NCBI GenBank assembly: GCA_964016885.1
Contig: OZ024763.1
Coordinates: 6,820,001-6,884,000, forward strand
DNA: 64,000 nt
Direction of reading: 5' to 3'
From: Eledone cirrhosa
Lineage: Eukaryota
Each line of letters starts with the position of its first letter. The stretch's first letter is position 1. Of the stretch, positions 29,035 to 43,814 are shown piece after piece. A program made the position numbers and the translations under genes. The notes under the pieces were generated by a model. That model saw only the letters and a program-made list of their open reading frames with translations, did no database searches and was not told the origin of the DNA.

Positions 29035-30783
29035 TCGGTATAGGAGGTAGTGGTGGTGACAGTATAGGATGTAGTAGTGGTGGTGGCGGTATAGGAGGTA
29101 GTAGTGGTGGTGACGGTATAGGAAGTAGTAGTGGTGGTGACGGTATAGGAGGTAGGAGTGGTGGTGACAGTATAGGAGGTAGTAGTGGTAGTGACAGTAT
29201 AGGCTGTAGTAGCGGTGGTGACAGTAAAGGAGGTAGTAGTGGTGGTGACAGTATAGGATGTAGTAGTGGTGGTGACAGTATAGGATGTAGTAGTGGTGGT
29301 GACGGTATAGGATGTAGTAGTGGTGGTGACAGTATAGGATGTAGTAGTGGTAGTGACAGTATAGGAGGTAGTAGTGGTGGTTACAGTATAGGAGGTAGTA
29401 GTGGTAGTGACAGTATAGGCTGTAGTAGCGATCGTGACGGTATAGGATGTAGTAGTAGTGGTAGTGACAGTATAGGATGTAGTAATGGTGGTGACGGTAT
29501 AGGATGTAGTAGTGGTGGTGACGGTATAGGATGTAGTAGTGGTGGTGACGGTATAGGATGTAGTAGTGGTGGTAGTGACAGTATAGGATGTAGTAGTGGT
29601 GGTGACGGTATAGGATGTAGTAGTAGTGGTAGTGACAGTATAGGCTGTAGTATTGGTGGTGACGGTATAGGATGTAGTGGTGGTGACGGTATAGGATATA
29701 GTAGTGGTGGTGATAGTATAGGATGTAGTAGTGGTGGTGACGGTATAGGAGGTAGTAGTGGTGGTGACGGTATAGGAGGTAGTAGTAGTGGTGGTGACGG
29801 TATAGGAGGTAGTAGTGGTGGTGACGGTATAGGATGTAGTAGTTGTGGTGACGGTATAGGAGGTAGTAGTGGTGGTGATGGTATAGGAAGTAGTAGTGGT
29901 GGTGATAGTATAGGAGGTAGTAGTGGTGGTGACGGTATAGGAGGTAGTAGTGGTGGTGACGGTATAGGAGGTAGTAGTGGTGGTGACGGTATAGGATGTA
30001 GTAGTAGTGGTAGTGACAGTATAGGATGTAGTAGTGGTGGTGACGGTATAGGATGTAGTAGTAGTGGTAGTGACAGTATAGGATGTAGTAGTGGTGGTGA
30101 CGGTATAGGATGTAGTGGTGGTGACGGTATAGGATGTAGTGGTGGTGACGGTATAGGATGTAGTGGTGGTGACGGTATAGGAAGTAGTAGTGGTGGTGAT
30201 AGTATAGGAGGTAGTAGTGGTGGTGACAGTATAGGAGGTAGTAGTGGTGGTGACGGTATAGGATGTAGTAGTGGTGGTGACAGTATTGGAGGTAGTAGTG
30301 GTGTTAACGGTATAGGAGGTAGTAGCAGTGGTGACGGTATAGGAGGTAGTAGTTGTGGTGACGGTATAGGAGGTAGTGGTGGTGGTGACGGTATAGGAGG
30401 TAGTAGTGGTGTTCACGGTATAGGAGGTAGTAGTGGTGTTCACGGTATAGGAGGTAGTAGTGGTGGTGATGGTATAGGAGGTAGTAGTTGTGGTGACGGT
30501 ATAGGAGGTAGTGGTGGTGGTGACGGTATAGGAGGTAGTAGTGGTGTTCACGGTATAGGAGGTAGTAGTGGTGGTGATGGTATAGGAGGTAGTAGTTGTG
30601 GTGACGGTATAGGAGGTAGTGGTGGTGGTGACGGTATAGGAGGTAGTAGTGGTGTTCACGGTATAGGAGGTAGTAGTGGTGGTGATGGTATAGGAGGTAG
30701 TAGTGGTGGTGACGGTATAGGAGATAGTAGTTGTGGTAATGGTATAGGAGGTAGTAGTTGTGGTGACGGTATAGGAGGTAGTA
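29035..30783. repeat. 24-30 bp minisatellite (mostly 27 bp, ggtgacggtataggaggtagtagtggt), ~65 copies; reads TTTTTSYTV on the minus strand
   Basis: Directly visible. Part of the 799-aa minus ORF 28392-30791. Confidence 0.92.
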
Positions 30784-30869
30784 TTGCACACACCCCCACT
30801 CCCTCATCACTATGCTCTAAAGGCTATAAAGGCAAGCTACTAATATTGAATTAGTATGGTATCATTTTA

Positions 30870-31040
30870 GTTGTTTCTACTATTGGCACAAGGTCAGCAA
30901 ATACCCAGTACATTACTGGTACTTTCTACTATTGGCACAAGGCCAGTAATAACTCAGTGTATTACTGGTACTTTATTTTATCGACCTCGTAAGGATGAAA
31001 GGCAAAGTTAATCTCGGCAGGATTTGAACTCAGAATGGAA
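30870..31040 (-). mobile_element. SINE family A, 5'-truncated with duplicated tail
   Basis: Two ttctactattggcacaagg...attactggtacttt blocks, then core and B-box. Confidence 0.85.
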
Positions 31041-31174
31041 TAGAAACAATTATAATGGGAGATAAATAGTGCATCCTTAATTTTCAGACTTCATAGAATT
31101 ACTTCCCTTTGCTAAGAAACTATATGTATATTGCGTGTGTGTCGGTCCCAACAGATGTTGACACCGGCAACTTA

Positions 31175-31260
31175 TAACAATCGTTATGGCAGTCAGTCGG
31201 AAGTCGTAGTCAGTGGTCCCCCATCGTACGCGGTTGGTTATATACGCGGCCATTTTTACA
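31175..31260. promoter_or_regulatory. Candidate housekeeping-type promoter island
   Basis: CpG-rich unique sequence with ETS-like CGGAAGT, GTAGTC (ZNF143-type half motif) and YY1-like GCGGCCATTTT within about 65 bp. Confidence 0.35.
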
Positions 31261-31476
31261 CATATATATACACACATGGATATATATGTATACACATATA
31301 TACAGAGAGAGAGAGAGAGAGAGAGAGAGTGAGAGAGAGAAAGAGAGTGAGATAGATCAATAGGGTGAAAGCAGCAATTCTTTGCTTAAACTTTAATATG
31401 TACTAAGAATAAATATTTGTTCTACGGGTTATATATATATAAATATATATATACACATACATACAGACATACACAC

Positions 31477-31507
<31 letters not shown>

Positions 31508-31764
31508 TACACACACACACATATATACATATATATATATATACAGATATATACATATATATATATATACACACACGCACATATGCATATATATATACAC
31601 ACACATATATATATATACACATACATACATACATACACACACATATATACATATATATATATATACATATATATATACACACACACACATATATACATAT
31701 ATATATATACATACATACACACACATATATACATATATATATACATACATACATACACACACAC

Positions 31765-31809
<45 letters not shown>

Positions 31810-31907
31810 CACACACACACATATATACATATATATACACACACACATATATACATATATATACACACACACATATATACATATACATACACACACATAT
31901 ATATATG

Positions 31908-32075
31908 CATGGACACACTAGAAGAGGAAGACCAAGGTTAACGTATGTTGATGCCCTAAGGACAGACACTGGTCTGATGGAGATGCAGGATATGGCAGCG
32001 ATAATGAGGGACAGAGACCGCTGGAGAGAACTCGTCCATGGATCTCGAGAATTTTACCCGCCTTAGATAGATAGA
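31908..32075 (+). mobile_element. RTE/RTE-X LINE 3' end with (TAGA)n tail; partial duplicate at 32486-32547
   Basis: [47 protein letters not shown]. Confidence 0.85.
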
Positions 32076-33159
32076 ATACATACACACAAACACATATATA
32101 CACACACACATATATACACACAAACACATATATACACACACACATATATACACACAAACACATATATACACACACACATATATACACACAAACACATATA
32201 TACACACACACATATATATACACACACACACATATATACACACAAACACATATATACACACAAACACATATATACACACACACATATATACACACAAACA
32301 CATATATACACACAAACACATATATACACACACACATATATACACACAAACACATATATACACAAACACATATATACACAAACACATATATACACACACA
32401 CATATATACACACAAACACATATATACACACAAACACATATATACACACAAACACATATATACACACAAACACATATATATATATGTATGGACACACTGG
32501 AAGAGGAAGACCAAGGTTAACATATGTTGATCCTCTAAGGACAGACACATATATACACACACACACACATATATACACAAACACACACATATATACACAA
32601 ACACATATATACACACAAACACATATATACACAAACACATATATACACACACAAACACATATATACAAACAAACACATATATACAAACAAACACATATAT
32701 ACACACACACTCATATATACACACACACATTTATATACACACAAACACATATATACACACAAACACATATATACACACAAACACACATATATACACAAAC
32801 ACATATATACACACAAACACATATATACACACACACACATATATACACAAACACATATATATACACACACACATATATACACACATATATATATACACAC
32901 AAACACATATATACACAAACACATATATATACACAAACACATATACACACAAACACATATATACACACACACACACATATATACACAAACACATATATAT
33001 ACAGACACACATATATATACACAAACACATATATATACACAAACACATATATCTATTGTTTATATTAGGTCTAAAGTTACATGGAGGCTAACTGATACAG
33101 GAAGTGGTCAGAGTCATATCACAGTAATATTTTAGGGAGGAAGTTTTGAGTTAATTTAG

Positions 33160-33272
<113 letters not shown>

Positions 33273-33336
33273 TACACACACACACACACACATACACACA
33301 CACACACACACACACAGACATACACACACACACACA

Positions 33337-33368
<32 letters not shown>

Positions 33369-33401
33369 TATGCGTGTGTGTGTGTGGGGGGGGTAGATAT
33401 A

Positions 33402-33482
33402 CAGGGTGTCCCCCAAAAATGTATACATATTATTATTAAATTGCTGTTGAAGTGTGTATACATTTTTGAGGGTAACACCCTG
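33402..33482. mobile_element. 81-bp Tc1/mariner-type MITE with TA target duplication
   Basis: ta-cagggtgtcccccaaaaatgtatac ... gtatacatttttgagggtaacaccctg-ta. Confidence 0.85.
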
Positions 33483-33584
33483 TATATGTGTAGATATATA
33501 TATATATATGTATGTATATGAATGTGTGTATATATATATATATGTATGTATATGAATGTGTGTATATATATGTATATGTATGTG

Positions 33585-33615
<31 letters not shown>

Positions 33616-33925
33616 ATGTATATATATATATATGTATATGTATGTATGTATATGTATATATATATCTATATATATGTGTATATATATATATATATGTATG
33701 TATATGCATGTGTATATATATATATATATGTATATGCATGTGTATATATATATATATGTATATGCATGGGTATATATATATATATGTATGTATATGTATG
33801 TGTATGTATAGGTATGTGTATATATCTATATATATCTATATATATATATATATATGTATGTATGTGTGTATATATATATATATATGTATGTATATGTATG
33901 TATATGTATGTCTATATATATATAT

Positions 33926-33958
<33 letters not shown>

Positions 33959-34087
33959 CATATGTATGTATATGTATGTATATATATATATACATATGTA
34001 TGTGTATATATATATACATATGTATGTATATATATGTATATATATATGCTTGCATTAATATACATAAATGGATACATATATATATAA

Positions 34088-34151
<64 letters not shown>

Positions 34152-34439
34152 ATATGCATGTGTGTGCATGTGACTTGTGTCTGTGTGTGTGTGTAACTCT
34201 GAATGTGTGTATGTGTTGATGCATGTTTGTATATGTTCTGTGTGTGTGTACATATGTCCCTATATGTGTTGGCCAGTGTTTGTCACAAACACCACTCTTT
34301 AATTGGTGTGCCAGTTCTGTCCTTCCCCTCAAGTGTTCCTTCTGAGGAAGGGCCACTTGACCAAACAAACAAAAATGAAGTTTTCTAAACAAAAAACAAG
34401 GTAAACCATCAAAATAATAACAATAATAATTGTTTGTTG

Positions 34440-35060
34440 TTTTGGCACAAGGCCAGCAATTACACCAGTGCATTACTGGTACTTTATTTTATCGACTCCA
34501 TAAGAATGAGAAAGGCAAAGCTAACCTCAGAGGGATTTGAACTCTGAACGTAAAGGGCCATGACACTATGCCGCACAGCATGGTGTCCAACGCTCTACCG
34601 ATACTACCAACCCACCAACCTTCTCTTCCTCTTTTAGGCACAAGGCCAACAATTTTTGAAGAAGGGGAAAGTTTATTAAGTTGATCCCAGTGCATTACTG
34701 GTACTTTATTTTATCAGCCTCGTAAGGATGAAAGGCAAAGTTAACCTCGGCGGGATTTGAACTCAGAAAGTAAAGGGCCAGAACCGGGTGATATGCTACC
34801 AGGCCGTATTTCTAATAATGATTCTTCTAGCCAATTACCATTGGATTGGCAGTAATCGGTAGAGCGTCGAACAACATGCTTTGTAGCACAGAGTTACAGC
34901 CCTTTACATTCTGAGTTCAAATGCCACCAAAGTTAACTTTGCATTTCATCTTCACAGGGTGGATAAAATAAAGTACCAGTCATACACTGAGGTTGATTTA
35001 ATTGATTTCCCTTTCTCCCCAAATTGTTGGCCTTGTGCCTGAATCAGAAACCATTATTAG
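34440..35060. mobile_element. Cluster of three SINE family A copies (two minus, 34440-34785; one plus, 34840-35060)
   Basis: Diagnostic core and tail motifs in both orientations. Confidence 0.88.
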
Positions 35061-35433
35061 TTTTAAGGGGGCTTGGAGGGGCTGTAAATAAGGGGGTGGG
35101 ATGGAGTGGGGGCTAAATGATGGAGCGTATGTAGGATGGGTAGGGGATGAGGGGGGGGTGAGGGGTGGATGAGGGGAAGAGATGAAATATCAGGCAATTG
35201 TAGGATGAAGGATGATTTTGATGTGTCTGAAAAAGGAAGCTGCCACCACCAGTGTCGCAGGGGTGGGGTTGGTGGGTGGAAGGGGTGTGTAGGGAGATTG
35301 TGAGATGGGGTAGGGTGGGGTTGGGGTCTTTAAATGAGGGTCTTCCTGTGTAATTTGTCTGTATGTCACTCTCTCAGTCAGTCAAGATTTACTAAACTCC
35401 ACCATAGTTCTACCCTCCTAAAGCTTTGCCACA

Positions 35434-35860
35434 ACAGACACCACCACCACCACCACCACTACAGACACCACAGACACCACCACCACCACCACAGACACCA
35501 CCACCACCACCACAGACACCACCACCACCACCACAGACACCACCACCACCACCACCACAGACACCACCACAGACACCACCACCACCACCACCACAACAGA
35601 CACCACCACCACCACCACCACCACAGACACCACCACCACCACAACCGACACCACCACAGACACCACCACCACCACCACCACAGACACGACCACCACCACC
35701 ACCACCACCACCAACACCACAGACACCACCACCAACACCACAGACACCCCCACCCCCACCACCCCCACCACCACAATAGACACCACCACCACAATAACAA
35801 TAAGAACAACCACCACCACTATCAACACCGGCACCACCACCACCAATACAACAACATCAG
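35434..35860. repeat. acagacacc(acc)n tandem repeat
   Basis: Directly visible. Confidence 0.9.
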
Positions 35861-35943
35861 CAGCAACAATATATATATACATATATACATATTTATATAT
35901 ACATTTACATATTCATGTATACATCCATATATATATATATACA

Positions 35944-36690
35944 CTAGCCAAATTACCCGCATCTTGCTGCGTTTCACACATTTTTTTTGTAAGAAAATGA
36001 TTGATTTTAAATCAGTGATATAATTTATGGAGAAAAACTCTGCATTTCAATATTACTCAATGTAAAATGTAATCAATGAAAAATTGGAAGACATTATTTT
36101 TTGTAATATAGGGTGGTGGATTGGCAGTATCGGTAGAGGGTCGGATGCCATGCTTTGCAGCATAGTTACGTCCCTTTACGATCTGAGTTCAAATCCCGCC
36201 GAGGTTAACTTTGCCTTTCATCCTTACGGGGTCGATAAAATAAAGTACCAGTAATGCACTGGGTAATTGCTGGCCTTGTGCCTAAAGTAGAAACAATTAT
36301 TTTTTGTAATATATCAAATCAAAATTACATTAATTAAATCTTATTCTTATTTGGTTCCTTGTAAATCATTTTTTTCAAAATATCAATTCAAAACTTTTGT
36401 GAATAGGCATATGTTGTCATTTGAGTTTGATTTTCTCAATGACCCATTTCTGGTGAAGGTCTGCATGCATTGTTGGAAGTTATATTTTTTTTATTCAAGC
36501 AGTGCAATAACCGTCGAATGTGTGTGTTGTTGTTGGCAGTATGTTAATTTCTTTTCTTTGTTCTTTTTATTTTGCTGATAATAGTTTTTCTGTTTTGGGG
36601 GATTCTGCACTTAGTTTTGTCCACAGGTCTTGGTGGGGTGTGTTTTGCACATATATTTGTGACAGTGTCTACAAATATTGCCAAGATGTT
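35944..36690 (-). mobile_element. Probable non-autonomous Helitron (3' terminus at 35944; right boundary uncertain)
   Basis: Minus strand ends cgcagcaagatgcgggtaatttggCTAG|t: subterminal hairpin (cgca/tgcg) plus CTAG followed by T. Confidence 0.55.
36111..36295 (+). mobile_element. Full-length SINE family A with 18-bp target-site duplication
   Basis: attattttttgtaatata at 36093-36110 and 36296-36313. Confidence 0.93.
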
Positions 36691-36729
36691 TTGATGTTGA
36701 CAGAAATGTGTGTGTGTGTGTGTGTGAAA

Positions 36730-37230
36730 GACCAGTCAACGTGTGATAGCTTGTTAATGATTGCACCCCAGTTGCACCCCAGATTATAAAGATCCATGTT
36801 ATCAAATGGGTGGACTGGGGAGAGGTCATTGGGTTTAGCTTTAGACTGGTGGAATCTCAGGTTACAGAGAACCATGTCATGGTCTGGAAGAAGTGTTTAT
36901 TCCACTGTAATCTTATGTATAGCGTTAGTGTGGTTACTAAAAACAAGGTCCAAAATGTCTTTTTGATGTCTTGGTGCAAGAACAAGTTGGAACAAGAAAA
37001 ACTCATCCCTAAAGTCAAAAAGTGACTCTACAGCTGCTTTGTTAGCGGTTGAGGTGGAAGTACCTGGTTTCAAACTGTTTGTGGATCAATCAACATAGGG
37101 TAGACTAAAGTCTCCCATCATAACTATGTTACCAGAATGGCACTGTTGCATAACACACTCTAAATGCTGTTCGAGGAATTCTTTAAAGTGCAGTATCGGC
37201 ATTTTGGGTGGCCTATAGACCCAAACTACA
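36730..37230 (-). pseudogene. CR1/L2-type LINE apurinic endonuclease relic
   Basis: VYRPPK...IVMMGDFSLPYVD*...FLFQLVLAPRHQKDILDLVFSN...LPDHDMV, corresponding to the YRPP, GDFN, LDL and SDH motifs, with stops. Confidence 0.85.
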
Positions 37231-37285
37231 TGTATATATATATATATATACACACAAGTATATATAAATATATATGCATAAATAA

Positions 37286-37331
<46 letters not shown>

Positions 37332-37679
37332 ACACATATATATATATGAGTTCCAGTTGGTAAGCAGTGAAACTGAGCACTAAGCATATTCTTGTCTTTG
37401 ACAGGGTGTATATACATACAGTCACTCCCAAAACTACAGTTAAGTACCTTCCAGCTCCTGGAGAGAGCAGAGAGAGACTGAGTAGTGTCGAGTGAGGGGT
37501 GTGGTGGGGGTATAGTGGGAGACAGACAGCTGATGGTGGGGGTAGGGCCTGGGCTGGGGGGTGAGGGCTGTAATAGGCCAGGTGCATGGTTATGTTATAT
37601 ATACACAGCCAACAATAAGTTTAATGTATGCATGTATACATTTATATATATATATATATATATACATATATATGTATAA

Positions 37680-37712
<33 letters not shown>

Positions 37713-37894
37713 CATATATATGTATATATATGTATATATATATATGTATATTCATATATACATATATATATGTATATTCATATATACAAATATATATGTA
37801 TATATACATGTATATATATATGTATATATGTATATTCATAAATACAAATATATATGTATATATATATGTATATATATATATGTATATATATATG

Positions 37895-37931
<37 letters not shown>

Positions 37932-37996
37932 GTATATATATGTATATATATATATATGTATATATATATATGTATATATATATGTATATATATATG

Positions 37997-38077
<81 letters not shown>

Positions 38078-38102
38078 GTATATATATGTATATATATGTA
38101 TA

Positions 38103-38143
<41 letters not shown>

Positions 38144-38199
38144 GTATGTATATGTATATATATATATATATATGTATGTATATATATGTATATGTATGT

Positions 38200-38230
<31 letters not shown>

Positions 38231-38254
38231 CATGTATGTATATGTATATATATG

Positions 38255-38300
<46 letters not shown>

Positions 38301-38529
38301 TATATGACATAGAATGAGTCACTAAGAGGCCTTTCCTCTCTGCCTCACTTGATAAGTTTCGGAGATTATTATTATATGGAGATGAAGAGGATGGTGGGGG
38401 GGGGGGGTGAAGGAAGAAATTTGGGCATGTATAGCTATGTGTATATATGTATATATATGCATATATATATATATACACACACACACACATATATATATAT
38501 ACACACATACATATATATATATATATACT

Positions 38530-38561
<32 letters not shown>

Positions 38562-38608
38562 CACACACATACATATATATATATATATACACATACATAT
38601 ATATATAT

Positions 38609-38658
<50 letters not shown>

Positions 38659-38957
38659 ATATATATATATAAACATATATACATGTATATATCTCTATAT
38701 ATATATATATCCGTCTAACCCATACAAGCGTGGAAAGTGGACATTAAATGATGATGATGATGATGATATATATATACACACACACATATATATGTACATG
38801 CATACACATATATATATACCCCAGTATATACGTGTCATTTATATATATCTATATATACACACATATATACATGTAAAGAGGCTATAGATGTTATCATTAA
38901 ACAACAATAACCTGCCAAGAAATTATACATGTAACTGTATGTTTCTCTATGCATAGA

Positions 38958-40080
38958 CTCATACACTCACATACACAGACGCACATACAACACACACACA
39001 TGCACACACACACACACATACACAGACGCACATACAACACACACACATGCACACACACACACACATACACAGACGCACATACAACACACACACATGCACA
39101 CACACACACACATACACAGACGCACATACAACACACACACATGCACACACACACACACATACACAGACGCACATACAACACATGCACACACATACACAGA
39201 CGCACATACAACACACACACATGCACACACACACACACATACACAGACGCACATACAACACATGCACACACACACACACATACACAGACGCACATACAAC
39301 ACACACACATGCACACATACACTCACATACACAGACGCACATACAACACACTCATACACTCACATACACAGACGCACATACAACACACACATACACTCAC
39401 ATACACAGACGCACATACAACACACACATACACTCACATACACAGACGCACATACAACACACACACATGCACACACACAGACGCACATACAACACACACA
39501 CATGCACACTCACATACACAGACGCACATACAACACACTCATACACTCACATACACAGACGCACATACAACACACTCATACACTCACATACACAGACGCA
39601 CATACAACACACTCATACACTCACATACACAGACGCACATACAACACACACACATGCACACACACAGACGCACATACAACACACACACATGCACACACAC
39701 ACATACAACACACACACATGCACACACACACACATGCAACACACACACATGCACACACACACACATACAACACACACACATGCACACACACACACACACA
39801 CATACAACACACACACATGCACACACACACACACGCACATACAACACACACACATGCACACACACACACACATACAACACACACACATGCACACACACAC
39901 ACACACACATACAACACACACACATGCACACACACACACATACAACACACACACATGCACACACACACACATACAACACACACACATGCACACACACATA
40001 CAACACACACACATGCACACACACATACACACACACATACAACACGCACACACACACACACAATCACATACACACACATA
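38958..40080. repeat. (CA)-derived minisatellite catacacagacgcacatacaacac...
   Basis: 30-47 bp units decaying into (CA)n. Confidence 0.88.
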
Positions 40081-40190
40081 TATATATATATATAGAGAGA
40101 GAGAGAAAGGGTGCAATTTAAAATACCTGTAGCTTAGTAACTATACATGGACTTTATGGAGCCCCTGTATGTATGCATGCATGTGTGTGA

Positions 40191-40242
<52 letters not shown>

Positions 40243-40699
40243 GTATATATGGGTGGTAAGAAGTTCTCAAGAGAGCTGGCAACAGAAGGTCCTCAGAGAA
40301 GAAACCCCTTTCATGGAAGTATTTTGGCCCTTAAAAATGTCAACAGTAAGTATGTGATGCCAATTAAAGAAGAGATGAGTCATTTATAGAAATACATAAT
40401 TAATCTGTCAGTTACACAGAACATGTGGTGGTACATGTTGTAGTTGTTAGAGATGTAGATAGTACATGTGTTATGTGGTACATGGCGCAGCTAGTTTCCA
40501 GAGGATGGAGCTTATCAAGTCACTATAAGCTCCTTATTTACATATTTCTCAATGGATTGTAAAATATGTACACATCTTCTGATGGTGATGCCAACTAGAA
40601 AGCTGTTCTGTTTTTGTTTTGTCTTTTTAATCTATGGAGAAGTGTGTAAATAAGATATATTTATCACTACCACTGCTATCCCCACCACTGTCTTCATCA

Positions 40700-41702
40700 C
40701 AACCACCACCATCACAACATCACCATCACCATAACGACGACGACCACCACCACCACCATAACATCTACCAACACCAACACCACTACCACCAACACCATAA
40801 CATCTACCAACACCAACACCACTACCACCAACACCATCACCACCAACACCACCAACACCACTGCCACCACCATAACGACGATCACTACCACCACCATCAC
40901 CATCACTACTACTACACCACCACCATCACTATCACTACCACCACCATCACCACCACCACCATCACTACTACCACTACACCACCACCACCACCACCATCAC
41001 TACTACCACTACACCACCACCACCACCACCACCACCATCACTACTACCACTACACCACCACCACCACCACCATCACTACTACCACTACACCACCACCACT
41101 ACCACCATCACTACTACCACTACACCACCACCACCACCACCACCATCACTACTACCACTACACCACCACCACACATCACTACTACCACTACACCACCACC
41201 ACCACCACCATCACTACTACCACTACACCACCACCACCACCACCACCATCACTACTACCACTACACCACCACCACCATCACTACTACCACTACACCACCA
41301 CCACCACCACCATCACTACTACCACTACACCACCACCACTACCACCATCACTACTACCACTACACCACCACCACCACCACCACCATCACTACTACCACTA
41401 CACCACCACCACCATCACTACTACCACTACACCACCACCACCACCACCATCACTACTACCACTACACCACCACCACACCACCACACCACCACCACCACCA
41501 CACCACCACACCACCACCACCACACAACCACCACCACACAACCACCACCACACCACCACACCACCACCACCACCACACAACTACCACCACACCACCATCA
41601 CTGGTCCCTTTAATCAATAAATTCCTGCCAGTTGCTATCATGTCCCTTCTTTCCATCCAGTGTCACTCTCCCTTTCCCCCTTTCTCTCTCCCTTTCCCCC
41701 TT

Positions 41703-41763
<61 letters not shown>

Positions 41764-41818
41764 AACTCTCTCTCGCTCTCTCTCTCTCTCGCTCTCTCTC
41801 TCTAACTCTCTCTCGCTC

Positions 41819-41850
<32 letters not shown>

Positions 41851-42526
41851 GCTCTCTCTCTCGCTCTCTCTCTCTCCCTTTCTCTCTCTCTCTCTCTCTC
41901 TCTCAAGGAGTACAGTTAAGTGATGGTGGTGGTGGCAGTGGGGTGGGGAAGTAGGGGGACACTAATAACAAAAGATTCACAGGATCTTTAACAAGTCTGC
42001 ACATCTGGATATGGTGGTGGTGTGGTGGTGTTGGTGGTGGTGTGGTGGTGGTGGTGTGGTGTGGTGGTGGTGTGGTGGTGGTGGTGTGGTGGTGGTGGTG
42101 TGGTGGTGGTGGTGTGTGGTGTGGTGTGGTGGTGGTGTGGTGGTGGTGGTGTGGTGGTGTGGTGGTGGTGTGGTGGTGGTGGTGTGGTGGTGGTGGTGTG
42201 GTGTGGTGGTGGTGTGGTGGTGTGGTGGTGGTGTGGTGGTGGTGTGGTGGTGTGGTGGTGGTGGTGTGGTGTGGTGGTGGTGGTGGTGTGGTGGTGTGGT
42301 GGTGGTGTGGTGGTGGTGTGTGGTGGTGGTGGTGTGTGGTGTGGTGGTGGTGTGGTGTGGTGGTGGTGTGGTGGTGGTGGTGGTGTGGTGTGGTGGTGGT
42401 GGTGGTGGTGTGGTGTGGTGGTGGTGGTGTGGTGTGGTGTGGTGTGGTGGTGGTGTGGTGGTGTGTGGTGGTGGTGGTGGTGGTGGTGGTGGTGTGGTGT
42501 GGTGGTGGTGGTGGTGGTGGTGGTGT
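40700..42526. repeat. (CAC)n, (CT)n and (GGT)n low-complexity blocks
   Basis: Directly visible. Confidence 0.9.
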
Positions 42527-42562
42527 GTATACCAATATTCTCTCTCTCTCTCTCTCTCTAAG

Positions 42563-42657
<95 letters not shown>

Positions 42658-42663
42658 TCATGG

Positions 42664-42702
<39 letters not shown>

Positions 42703-42814
42703 CACTCATACATATATATATATATATACACTTATATATATATATATATACTCATATATGTATATATATATACACTCATACATATATATATATATATACA
42801 TATCCATATATATG

Positions 42815-42848
<34 letters not shown>

Positions 42849-42954
42849 CATATATATGTATATATACATACATATATATGTATATATACATATATATATG
42901 TATATATACATATATATATGTATATATACATATATATATTATATATATACACTC

Positions 42955-42987
<33 letters not shown>

Positions 42988-43041
42988 CACTCATATATAT
43001 ATACACTCATATATATATATATTATATATATATATATACAC

Positions 43042-43072
<31 letters not shown>

Positions 43073-43421
43073 CTCATATATATATACATATATATATATG
43101 CAGGTAGTTATCCCAAAAGAATTTTAGGAATGTTAGATAAGTCAGCAGATTTCCAAAAATGAAGGCTGTAAGTTCCTTGTGTGTGTCTATGTACCTGGTG
43201 TGTGTGTGTGTGTGTTTGTGTACCTGGTGTGTGTGTGTTTGTGTACCTGGTGTGTGTGTGTGTGTCTGTGTTTGTGTACCTGGTGTGTGTATTTGTATCT
43301 GTTTACCTAGCCTGTGAGTATGTGTGTATGTGTTTACATTTGTGTTTGGGTAAAAAAATGCATAGCAGACATAAAAAGAAATTGTAAATATTGAGGTCGA
43401 TATCATGGAATAAATCAAGGC

Positions 43422-43702
43422 AGTGCTCAGCAGCCAGGGCCACAGTCTAATGTCTGAAGCCAGTGCTCCAGCAGGGCCACAGTCTAATGTCTGAAGCCAG
43501 TGCTCCAGCAGGGCCACAGTCTAATGTCTGAAGCCAGTGCTCCAGCATGGCCACAGTCTAATGCCTGAAGCCAGTGCTCCAGCATGGCCACAGTCTAATG
43601 CCTGAAGCCAGTGCTCCAGCAGGGCCACAGTCTAATGTCTGAAGCCAGTGCTCCAGCAGGGCCACAGTCTAATGTCTGAAGCCGATAAAAGAATAAAAGA
43701 AT
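43422..43702 (+). repeat. 37-bp minisatellite (7 copies) amplified from a retroposon 3' end
   Basis: gccagtgctccagcagggccacagtctaatgtctgaa ending in taaaagaataaaagaat. Single-copy homologue at 50643-50690. Confidence 0.88.
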
Positions 43703-43814
43703 ATTGACATAAAATATTTAATCTGGAATATCTTGTATATGTGTATCAAAGTCTGTTGATATCACCTGAAACTGACCCTGGATCTACAATGCTAAACTTG
43801 CTTTTAAAGTGTTT

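Noticed and set aside
38330-38370. Hammerhead 3' half (gaaacttatcaagt on minus; similar at ~55156)
   Set aside because: No CUGANGA core or stem I found.
43104-43167. Plus-strand exon (cag...gtaagt)
   Set aside because: The acceptor has no pyrimidine tract and all three frames hit a stop. At most a UTR exon ending ATG AAG GCT, with no partner identified.
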